The notes beneath the pieces are model-generated. The model searched no databases and was not told where the DNA came from. It saw only the letters and a program-made list of their open reading frames with translations. From the NCBI GenBank assembly GCA_964346625.1, contig CAYFWA010000003.1, positions 1 through 32,772 on the forward strand: a stretch of DNA of 32,772 nucleotides, given 5' to 3'. Made by a program: the position numbers and the translations under genes. This document shows positions 10,291-18,074 of the stretch, in pieces. How positions within the stretch are numbered: the stretch's first letter is position 1; every line of letters starts with the position of its first letter. Source of the stretch: an uncultured Myxococcales bacterium. GTDB taxonomy: Bacteria; Myxococcota_A; Polyangia; HGW-17; JAJRWW01.

Positions 10291-10326
10291 AGCCAGCGCC
10301 TCAACGCGAGCCAGCGCCTCAACGCA
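10291..10326. repeat. 18-bp tandem duplication spanning the truD stop codon
   Basis: agccagcgcctcaacgcg (10291-10308) is followed by agccagcgcctcaacgca (10309-10326), identical at 17 of 18 positions. The truD TGA lies at 10319-10321, inside the second unit. Confidence 0.95.
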
Positions 10327-11395
10327 AGGCGTCAAAGGGGGTCTTGGTGACCTCGCGCAGCAGCACCGTGGCGTAGGCGCCGGCAGGCAGGGTAAAGCGC
10401 AGCCAGAGCCGACCGGGGCCGGCTTGCTCCACAGACACCTCGCGGGGGGTCACGGTCAAGGGGCGACGGCCCCCGGGCGCCAGCCGCCGCCAGCGCGCGA
10501 AATCCGCCGGTTCGAGCCCGGCGGCCTCCAGGGTCTGCGCCTCCAGCGCGGCGGCCGATCCCGTGGCCACCGGGCGCATCTTCGGTCCGAACAAAGGACC
10601 GGTGAGCTGCAGCTCCCCCGCGGCGAGCCGGGCAGCCATCGCTGCCGGATCGTCCCCCTCCCAGCGAAACAGCCCCCCCCGCGGTTCCCGCCGACAGACC
10701 TCTCCCGGCCAGGGGATCTGCAGGGACCCGGCCTCGAGACGGCGGGCCAGGTAGTCGTTGAACAGCGCCGCCTGTACGGCGCTGACCAGCAGCCGCCGCT
10801 GGCGCCGCTGCCCTCCCCCGCGCGGGGGACCCTGCAGCAGGGTCATCCCCTTGGCCAGATTCTCTCCCCCGCGCCCGAACCGCTGCGGTCCGTACAGGTG
10901 CAGCATGCCCTCGCCCTCGAGCCGAGCCAGCACGGTGGCCGCGCGACAACGCGCCTCGGGACACACCTCCAGGAGGCGCACCGCGAACCGGTTGCCCTGC
11001 AGATGCCCGGTGCGAAGCTTGTGGGGGTGCAACCGCGCCTCGAGCACCTCGACGCCCGGCACGGCGAGGGATCGGGTCTGCGCCGGGTCCACGTCGGGCA
11101 CCGACAGCCACTGCTCGGTCACTGCGTGCCGGTCCTTGAGCCCGGCCATGCCCACGTCCGAGGGACGCCGACCCAGGGCCCGGGCGAGCCGCTTGGCTGC
11201 CTCCGGGCTCGTCAATCCCCGTTTGCGAATGCACACGAAGCAGTGCGCCCCGTGCCCCGCCGGCTCATAGGCGGGGATCTCCGTCACCTGAAAATCCTCG
11301 AGATCGTCCCCGATGCGTCCCCCGCAGCCGGGCACCGAGCCGGTGCCCAGGGGAGGATCCAGCGGGTCGCGCAGGGTCTCACGAGCAGGGCTCAT
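10319..11395 (-). CDS. truD: tRNA pseudouridine(13) synthase TruD
   Basis: 358 aa with an ATG start. It contains the TruD signature GMAGLKDRHAVTEQWLSV and the N-terminal FQVTEIPAYEPAGHGAHCFVCIRKRGLTSPEA. The ATG overlaps the upstream gene's stop codon (ATGA at 11392-11395). Confidence 0.9.
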   Translation of the reverse strand: MSPARETLRDPLDPPLGTGSVPGCGGRIGDDLEDFQVTEIPAYEPAGHGAHCFVCIRKRGLTSPEAAKRLARALGRRPSDVGMAGLKDRHAVTEQWLSVPDVDPAQTRSLAVPGVEVLEARLHPHKLRTGHLQGNRFAVRLLEVCPEARCRAATVLARLEGEGMLHLYGPQRFGRGGENLAKGMTLLQGPPRGGGQRRQRRLLVSAVQAALFNDYLARRLEAGSLQIPWPGEVCRREPRGGLFRWEGDDPAAMAARLAAGELQLTGPLFGPKMRPVATGSAAALEAQTLEAAGLEPADFARWRRLAPGGRRPLTVTPREVSVEQAGPGRLWLRFTLPAGAYATVLLREVTKTPFDALR

Positions 11396-13182
11396 GGGCG
11401 TCCCACCCGAAAGATGTACACATGGGGATCCTGCTCACAGCGCTTGGGTTGCTCGCGCTTTTCCCGATTGGGCGGGCCGGGGTGGCGACAGATCATGCCC
11501 GGCGGGCATTCCTGGCTCTGCTGGCAATACAGGCAGTCCCGCTGCCGCACGCAGCGACGGTGTTTTCGCCGCGCCGAGGGCGGGGGATAGATCTGCGTGG
11601 CGCCGGAGGCACGGGTGAGCTGCCCCCGAAAGGCCCCGAAATCGCCGGTGCAGTAGACGTAATCGGCGTGAAAGAACGAGCGCAAGGTCTGCACGGGATC
11701 GGGGTCCTTGGCGTGGGTGAGCCGGTCCCAGGCGTGCCAGACCGAGGGACGCCAGGCGTACATGAAGTTCGGATCCAGAAACACCGTATAGCGGTGACGA
11801 TGGCTGTAGAAAAACAGATACGGCGCGTCGTCCCAGTCACAGGTCATCACGTGGCTGCCCTCCGGCACGTGATCGCGCACGAAGCGTGCCGAGGGGGCGT
11901 AGTTGGGCTCGTGGCAGCGATTGACCTGCTTGAAGGAATCGAAGTGGCTGGCGATGAACATCCCCCCGAGGCCCACCACCAGCCCCACCACGGCCAGCAC
12001 GCCGCCGGTGCGCGCCAGGGCCGCGAGCTGGGCGTGGCGGCGGCGGCGGTGAAGCGCGGCGTACAGGGCCCAGAGCGCGCAGGGGGGAAACAGCAGCACC
12101 GCCAGCAGGCTCCCCAGCAGGCGCCGCTCGGCAAAGAACCGCACGAGCTGGCGTACGGGTTCCCAGCCGCGAAACAGCGGCGAGTAAAAGGACGCGTGAA
12201 AAAGCGCCGTCACCGGAATCCAGTACTCCGCGAAGCGCTTGGTGAACAGGGTCAGGATCAGATAAAGCGTCGAGGCGGCGAACAAAAAAGCCGTGCGGGT
12301 GCTCACCGGGGGCCGCTTGATCAAGGCCACCGCGAAGGCCACCCAAAGCGGGATGAGCGTCGCCCCGTTGACGCCCAGCAGGCTCCGGGTAGTCATGGGG
12401 TTCATCTCCCCACCCATGTTCAGATTCACCTTGGGCGCCCACTGGTTGGCGATCACCTGGATGTTTTGCAGCCAGAAACCCGAGATGTTGTCGGGAAAGT
12501 TCGGGTGCACGAGCCAGCCGAGCAGCATCCCGCCGAGGGCCCAGACGAACAGTCGCCAGGGCAGGCGGCGCTCCAGCAGATGCACCACGCCGACGTAGCC
12601 GAGGGCGAGGCCCACGTACTGATAGTGGCCGGTGTACGACAGGGAGTAGACGAGGGAGACCACTCCGACGAGCTGGTGGCGCTCGTTGATCAGGCAGTGC
12701 AAGCCGGCCAGCAGGATCAGCACCGAGAAGACCTGCGGCCGGGTGACGTTCATGCGAAACAGAAAGTAGCCGCCCGACGACAGCAGCAGAAACCACCAGA
12801 ACCAGGCCCACCGCATGCGGTTGAGCTGCAAAATCCCCATGAAGAGCGTGAAGATCCCGGTGCCCAGCACGACGTTGGCCACCTTCGCCCCCACCAGCAG
12901 GTCCCCATGGGTAAAAAGGGATAGATAGAGGTGGTACAGCACCTCCTTGTCGAAAAAGGCGTCCCGCCATGAGGACCACTGGGCCCAGGGAAAGTCCAGA
13001 ATCGGGCCTTGGAGGCGGGTGAGCTGGGCAAACTTGATGTGGTAGTACGGATCGGTGCCGCACAGGTACGGCGAGGCGAACTGGTAGTAGCTGAAAAACA
13101 CCGCCGACAGGACCGCCGCTGCCAGCAGGTGCAGCCATAGCCGGCTCTGGCGCGGGGTCGTCGGCTCCGGGGCGTCCGACAT
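11392..13182 (-). CDS. Polytopic GT-C-type membrane protein, STT3/AglB/PglB-like (candidate oligosaccharyltransferase homologue, motifs degenerate)
   Basis: It has about 11-13 predicted TM segments. A GTDPYYH motif follows TM1, resembling the STT3/AglB D-P-x-(Y/F)-H motif. After the last TM, FVRDHVPEGSHVMTCDWDDAPY...TVFLDPNF parallels eukaryotic STT3 [22 protein letters not shown]...TLVDNNTW. The start may be ATG at 13182 or GTG at 13218. It is translationally coupled to truD. Confidence 0.55.
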   Translation of the reverse strand: MSDAPEPTTPRQSRLWLHLLAAAVLSAVFFSYYQFASPYLCGTDPYYHIKFAQLTRLQGPILDFPWAQWSSWRDAFFDKEVLYHLYLSLFTHGDLLVGAKVANVVLGTGIFTLFMGILQLNRMRWAWFWWFLLLSSGGYFLFRMNVTRPQVFSVLILLAGLHCLINERHQLVGVVSLVYSLSYTGHYQYVGLALGYVGVVHLLERRLPWRLFVWALGGMLLGWLVHPNFPDNISGFWLQNIQVIANQWAPKVNLNMGGEMNPMTTRSLLGVNGATLIPLWVAFAVALIKRPPVSTRTAFLFAASTLYLILTLFTKRFAEYWIPVTALFHASFYSPLFRGWEPVRQLVRFFAERRLLGSLLAVLLFPPCALWALYAALHRRRRHAQLAALARTGGVLAVVGLVVGLGGMFIASHFDSFKQVNRCHEPNYAPSARFVRDHVPEGSHVMTCDWDDAPYLFFYSHRHRYTVFLDPNFMYAWRPSVWHAWDRLTHAKDPDPVQTLRSFFHADYVYCTGDFGAFRGQLTRASGATQIYPPPSARRKHRRCVRQRDCLYCQQSQECPPGMICRHPGPPNREKREQPKRCEQDPHVYIFRVGRP

Positions 13183-13266
13183 GCGCGGAATGTAACCGCT
13201 GCATCCTGCTGGGGTCACGATCTTTTTCTTGACCCCGACCGCCCGTCGGGTTTCAAAAAAGAGAAG

Positions 13267-13779
13267 ATGCCACGGCCTTACGTTCCCGACCCCTCACCCT
13301 GGTCTCGCCCTGCCCCCCGGCCCGCCCCCAGCTGGCGCCGGGTGCTGGCGGCCGGCGTGGACCTCGCCCTGATCGGCCCCCTGCTGGCGGGCCTGGCGTG
13401 GGCGTGGTTTCGTCTGTTCCAAATCCAGGTCCCCACCGAACGGCTGCCGCTTTTCGACTGGCTCGTGCAACTGTATCTGCGAGAGGATCCCCTCGTCCCG
13501 GGCGGTCTCTTGGTGGTTGCCCTCGTGTTGGGCTCGTACTTCGGCGTCGCGCACCTGCTATGGGGGAGCACCCCGGGCTTGCGCGCCGCGGGCCTCGCCC
13601 TCGTGAATCGACAGCAGCGGACGCCGGGCTCTGCGGCGGCGGCGACGCGGGTGCTGGGCGCGGGGCTGTCGGCGGCCTATCTGGGCCTGGGCTTTTTGTG
13701 GATCCTGTTCGATGCTCACCGCCAGGGTTTTCACGACAAGATCGCCGGGACCTACGTGGTTCGCAGGAAAGGCCGGTAA
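13267..13779 (+). CDS. RDD-family membrane protein
   Basis: 170 aa with an ATG preceded by aaaaaagagaag. It has RRVLAAGVDLALIG, 3 TM segments and the C-terminal GFHDKIAGTYVVRR, typical of the RDD domain. Confidence 0.8.
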   Translation: MPRPYVPDPSPWSRPAPRPAPSWRRVLAAGVDLALIGPLLAGLAWAWFRLFQIQVPTERLPLFDWLVQLYLREDPLVPGGLLVVALVLGSYFGVAHLLWGSTPGLRAAGLALVNRQQRTPGSAAAATRVLGAGLSAAYLGLGFLWILFDAHRQGFHDKIAGTYVVRRKGR

Positions 13780-13830
13780 TCGTTTGACATATTTGGTCTT
13801 CTTTGGTACTTCTCCTCAGGGCGGTGCATC

Positions 13831-16800
13831 ATGTCCAGCAAGCTGAGTTCGCTCTTGGTCCAAGACGGCGTCGTCTCGGTCAAGCGCATGGAGGAGGCCT
13901 TCCAGCGGCAGGTCATCTTCGGGGGAAGCCTCGACTCCATCTTGCTTGAGATGAACGTCCTCGACGAGGCCGTGCTGCAGCGCTATCTGACCGCCGCGTC
14001 GGGCCTCGGGTCGGCCGACCTCACGTCGGTGGACTACGAGCGCGCCCAGCAGCAGACCGAGCTGTTTCCCCAGAAGCTGGCCGAAAAGTACCTCATCGTC
14101 CCGCTGGACAAGCAGCAGGACACCTTGCGGGTGCTGGTCACCGACCCCCCGGATCGCGGCCGTCTCGACGAGCTCGGCTTCATGCTCGGCGTGACCATCG
14201 TGCCGGAGGTGGTCCCCGAGTTCCGGCTCTATCAGGCCCTCGAGCTCGTCTACGGCGTGAAAATGCCTCTGCGCTACGCCGGTCTCGTCAAGCGCCTCGG
14301 TCCGCCACCCGTGCCCCAGCCACCGGAGCCGCAAGCCGAGCCAGCCGAAGGTCGGGAGGCCGCCGAGGCCGCCGAGGTCACGGCCCCCGACACTCACGCT
14401 GCGTCCACCGCTGTCTCTGCCGACGCCCCCCACGGCGCTGCGGCGTCCTCGCCTGCCTTCGAGCAAACCGCCGAGGGGACCGAGGGCCCCGCGTCAACCA
14501 TTCCTCTCCCCGAGCAGAGCGCGGAGGCGCAAACCGCGGCCCCTCGCGCGCCAGCGGCGAACATCCCCCCGACCGCCGATAGCTGGGATGATCCCTTCGC
14601 CGGTGCCAAGCCCGACACCTTGGTGGGGATCCCTGCGCATGCGCCCGAGGCAGGCGCGACGCCCCCCGCCCAGACCGTCACCGGCGAGATCGATCCCTCC
14701 AAGCCAGTGACCGCCGCCACCTCGGGCCCTTCCAAACCCTCGGCCACGGTCACCGGTGAGATCGAGATCGGCGCGCCCGCTGCGCAAGAGACGCCGAGCC
14801 CCAAGCGAACAGCGTCTGGATTCCACGTCCAGCAGACCCCTTCCCCGAGCGCCGAGCAGGACACGGCCGGACAACCCGAGCCCCAGCCCGAGCCCCAGCC
14901 GCCGCAGCCCGAGCCGCCGATCGAGCCCCAGCCGCCGCAGCCCGAGCCCCAGCCCGAGCCCCAGCCCGAGCCCCAGCCGCCGCAGCCCGAGCCACCGCAG
15001 GTCCAGGGCCCGACCGAGATGGCTTTCGTCCCTCGGGCGAGCCCGCCGGAGTCCTTCGCGGCGCCGAGCCCTTCCCACGCGCCCGCCCCGGCGACCCAGG
15101 CCACTGACCAACCCTTCGATCCCACGCCGCTGCCTTTCGAAGAGGCGGTGGAGCGGCTGGCAGAGTCATCCTCACGTGACGAGATCTTTGCGTTGCTGCT
15201 CCGATGCGTCTCCGGGTACTTCGAGTTCTGCTCCGTGTTCACCCTGTTCGGCGATCAGGCCGTGGGCCGGTTGGCGAACCAGCAGGGACGCGCCGACGCC
15301 GAGCGCATCGCCCAGGTCTCGATCCCCTTGACCCTCCCGTCCATCTTCCGGGCGACCGTCGACAGCAAAGGCTACTATTTCGGGCCCATCTACGACGAGG
15401 GGATCAATTTCGGCGTGCTGGCCGAGATGGAACGGCCCGTTCCGGCCTCGGCGTTCATCATGCCGGTGCTGATTCGCAATCGGGTCGTGTGCTTCTTGTA
15501 CGCCGACGATGGCTTACGGTCGGTGGATCCCTCGCTGCCCGAGTCGCTGGTGTTCATCAGTTACCAGATCTCGCAGGCCTTCCAGCGGTTGATCCTGCGC
15601 GCCAAGCGCTCCGAGTACTCGGGGGCGACGCAGACCGAGGATCGGCTCGCCAAGATGGATCCCACCGACGTGCTTCCCCGGCGCCAGCCCGCCTCGGGAA
15701 CGGGCTGGCAGACCGCCCCGACCGTCTCCGGTCCAGCCAGCGCGCGCGCCCCCCAACAAGACGGGACCCTGACCGAACCGGTGGACGCTGGCGAGCCGTC
15801 GCCGCCGCTCTCGAGCGCAGCCGTGCAGCCTGCCTTCCCCGACCTGCCCCGCCAACCCCCCGAGGCGCGAGCCCCGGCCCCGCATTCCACCGCGCCGTCG
15901 GCAGCGCCGCCCGTGGCCACCGCGCCGGAAAAACAGGCCGCAGCCTCTCCGATGGGGCCCGGTGCTGCGACCTCGCCGGAGACGTCCGACGAGCAGCCAT
16001 CGGAACGAGGCGCGGCCCCCGACGGCCGCGCCATCACCTCGGTGGGCTACTACAGCCTCAACGAGGCGACACTCGGCGAGGAGGCCCGGGGCGCCACCGC
16101 GGTCAACGGCGCGGCCGTCGGGGACGCCACCGCAGGCGAGCTGGAAACGAGCCACGCCGGCGCGCCCGAGGTGCCGGTGACCGACGAGTCGCCCGTGCGC
16201 GTGACCCCGGAAGAACCCGACACGGTGGTCTCCTCAGCGCCGGCGCCCCGCACCGAAGACATCTGGTCCCTCATCGATGACCTCGAGCGCGGGGGCGAGC
16301 AGGGCGACCTGTCCGCTGCGGTGTTGCAGCGCCTCGGGGAGCCCGCGCTCAAGCTGCTGGCCTTCCGCTTCCCCGGCCGGCTGTCCCAGGAGCACCTGGG
16401 CCAGCACGGAAAGCTCCCACCCCCGAGCGAGCACGGCCCCTTGTTACACTTCATGGTGCGGATGGGCGAGCGGGCCGTGCCGTACCTGCTGGAGCTGCTC
16501 GGCTCGGACAACCCCGAGGTGCGCTACTACGCGACGTACCTCTTCGCCGAGCTGCGCGCACCCACGGTGTTGCCCCGGCTGCTGGATCGGATCTTCGACA
16601 GCGCCCCGCCGGTGCGACGCATCGCGGTGGAGGTGTTCAAGCAGTATCGGGACACCGAGGCCGTGAGCTCGGTGCACGAGCACCTGCGCGCCGAGCTGGT
16701 GGGGCCGGTGCCCTTCCGCCGGCGTTGCGCGGCCGAGGCCCTCGGTGGTCTGCGGGACGTGGCCGCCGTCCCTCGGCTCATCGAGCTCACCGCGGATCGA

Positions 16801-17112
16801 GACCCCGAGACGGCCGAGGCGGCCCAGCGGGCGCTACTGCTCATCACCAAGCAAGCCTTCGGGGATTCCCGTCGCAAGTGGCGATCCTGGTGGGAAAAGA
16901 ACCGCGAGCGTCATCGCGTCCAGTGGCTCATCGACGCCTTGGCCCACAAGGAGTCCGAGTGTCGATTCCTCGCCGCGCAGGAGCTTCACCAGATCACCGG
17001 GGAGACCCTGGGCTACCGCTTCGATCAGGACCGGCGGGATCGGGAAGAGGCGCTGCGGCGGTGGAATGCCTGGTGGGATCGGCGCGGCCGGGCCCGATTT
17101 CTCGGCGGATGA
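13831..17112 (+). CDS. Large modular protein: N-terminal T2SSE_N/MshEN-like domain, Pro-rich linkers, GAF-like domain, C-terminal HEAT (PBS-lyase type) repeats
   Basis: 1093 aa. The N-terminus KLSSLLVQDGVVSVKRMEEAFQRQ...SLDSILLEMNVLDEAVLQRYL resembles the tandem MshEN motifs. The mid region (DEIFALLLRCVSGYFEFCSVFTLFGDQAVG...VVCFLYADDG) looks GAF-like. The C-terminus has LLELLGSDNPEVRYYATYLFAEL, PPVRRIAVEVFKQY, RRRCAAEALGGLRDVAAVPRLIELTADRDPETAEAAQRAL. Confidence 0.85.
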   Translation: MSSKLSSLLVQDGVVSVKRMEEAFQRQVIFGGSLDSILLEMNVLDEAVLQRYLTAASGLGSADLTSVDYERAQQQTELFPQKLAEKYLIVPLDKQQDTLRVLVTDPPDRGRLDELGFMLGVTIVPEVVPEFRLYQALELVYGVKMPLRYAGLVKRLGPPPVPQPPEPQAEPAEGREAAEAAEVTAPDTHAASTAVSADAPHGAAASSPAFEQTAEGTEGPASTIPLPEQSAEAQTAAPRAPAANIPPTADSWDDPFAGAKPDTLVGIPAHAPEAGATPPAQTVTGEIDPSKPVTAATSGPSKPSATVTGEIEIGAPAAQETPSPKRTASGFHVQQTPSPSAEQDTAGQPEPQPEPQPPQPEPPIEPQPPQPEPQPEPQPEPQPPQPEPPQVQGPTEMAFVPRASPPESFAAPSPSHAPAPATQATDQPFDPTPLPFEEAVERLAESSSRDEIFALLLRCVSGYFEFCSVFTLFGDQAVGRLANQQGRADAERIAQVSIPLTLPSIFRATVDSKGYYFGPIYDEGINFGVLAEMERPVPASAFIMPVLIRNRVVCFLYADDGLRSVDPSLPESLVFISYQISQAFQRLILRAKRSEYSGATQTEDRLAKMDPTDVLPRRQPASGTGWQTAPTVSGPASARAPQQDGTLTEPVDAGEPSPPLSSAAVQPAFPDLPRQPPEARAPAPHSTAPSAAPPVATAPEKQAAASPMGPGAATSPETSDEQPSERGAAPDGRAITSVGYYSLNEATLGEEARGATAVNGAAVGDATAGELETSHAGAPEVPVTDESPVRVTPEEPDTVVSSAPAPRTEDIWSLIDDLERGGEQGDLSAAVLQRLGEPALKLLAFRFPGRLSQEHLGQHGKLPPPSEHGPLLHFMVRMGERAVPYLLELLGSDNPEVRYYATYLFAELRAPTVLPRLLDRIFDSAPPVRRIAVEVFKQYRDTEAVSSVHEHLRAELVGPVPFRRRCAAEALGGLRDVAAVPRLIELTADRDPETAEAAQRALLLITKQAFGDSRRKWRSWWEKNRERHRVQWLIDALAHKESECRFLAAQELHQITGETLGYRFDQDRRDREEALRRWNAWWDRRGRARFLGG
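14875..15000 (+). repeat. In-frame low-complexity repeat encoding (PEPQ/PPQPEP)n
   Basis: gagccccagccc and gccgccgcagccc units are reiterated. The translation is PEPQPEPQPPQPEPPIEPQPPQPEPQPEPQPEPQPPQPEPPQ. Confidence 0.9.
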
Positions 17113-17167
17113 GCGTCCCGAATAATAGAAGGATCCACCGTCTTGCTTTCTTTTACTCGTTTCTGAT

Positions 17168-18037
17168 TTAGGGACAGTCGAGCACCCGCACGGGCAGCCC
17201 CGCCGGCACCCGGAGCTGGTAGGCCGCGTCGGGGATCTTCACCCCGAGCTCGAGCTTCTGGTAGCGGATGATGAGGTCCGCCTTGCGCTGCGGCTGCTCG
17301 ACCTTGATCTCCCAGGGGATCCAGCGGCCCTGAATCCGGCGGAAGTTGTCGAACCGCAGCTCGAACACGACCTTTTTGTCCCCATCGCGCACCTCGGATC
17401 GCAGCACCTGCCACTTCCCCCCCCGCTTGCGCAGCCAGATCCGCTGGGTTCGCCCCTCCGAGCCCACGAGGGTCAACACCTCCGCCCCCTCGCAGCGATC
17501 CCACCGCAATGTCGCCCGCTCGTGCGGGATCACCGGGGTGCCCCCGGTCAGGGTCCGGCTCACCTCGCGCGGGGGCAGGGCCAACCCGAAAACGCGGGCG
17601 ATGTTACAGGCCTTGGCCGGCCCCCGATAGAACACGTCGTGCTTGTGATCGATGGACGCGAAGCGGGTGCCATCCGAGGTGAGGGTGACCAGCGGCGTGT
17701 CGAAGGGGGACACGGCCTCGAAACGAAGCTGCCCGCGGGCGGTGGCCAGCATGAAGACTCGGAGCTTGATTCGTCCCTTGCGGGTCCACTGATCCACCTT
17801 GGCCTTTGCCCGCAGCGTCGGCGGGGGCTGTCCGACCCCTCGGAGCTGCTGCGTGAGGCGCGCGGGGGTGGGCGGCGGGTAGTGGCGGCGGTGGGTGCAG
17901 CAGCCGGCCACCAGGGTGGCCAGCCCAAGGAGCAGCCACCGCACCGTCGAGGTCCGAATCGAAACAAACTCGGCTATCGGGACGTCGATCCATCCCGGCC
18001 CATGGTGGCGTTTGGTTGCAATGGCTGCTCGGCGCAT
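17168..18037 (-). CDS. Outer-membrane lipoprotein, LolB/DUF4292-like
   Basis: ORF 17168..18409 trimmed to the ATG at 18037, because the longer form would overlap the upstream TPR gene. It has a lipoprotein signal LLLGLATLVAGC. The beta-rich body has the pattern (KAKVDQWTRKGRIKLRVFMLATARGQLRFEAVSPFDTPLVTLTSDG) seen in LolB-fold proteins that pair with TPR lipoproteins. Confidence 0.65.
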   Translation of the reverse strand: MRRAAIATKRHHGPGWIDVPIAEFVSIRTSTVRWLLLGLATLVAGCCTHRRHYPPPTPARLTQQLRGVGQPPPTLRAKAKVDQWTRKGRIKLRVFMLATARGQLRFEAVSPFDTPLVTLTSDGTRFASIDHKHDVFYRGPAKACNIARVFGLALPPREVSRTLTGGTPVIPHERATLRWDRCEGAEVLTLVGSEGRTQRIWLRKRGGKWQVLRSEVRDGDKKVVFELRFDNFRRIQGRWIPWEIKVEQPQRKADLIIRYQKLELGVKIPDAAYQLRVPAGLPVRVLDCP

Positions 18038-18074
18038 GTCAGGCTCCCGGTTCGCTTCCTCGGTACGTCTTTTT

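Noticed and set aside
13784-13812. A TTGACA-N17-TACTTC promoter in front of the MshEN-GAF-HEAT gene.
   Set aside because: The -35 is perfect, but the -10 matches only 2 of 6 positions and the implied leader is about 12 nt. This is too weak to list as a feature.
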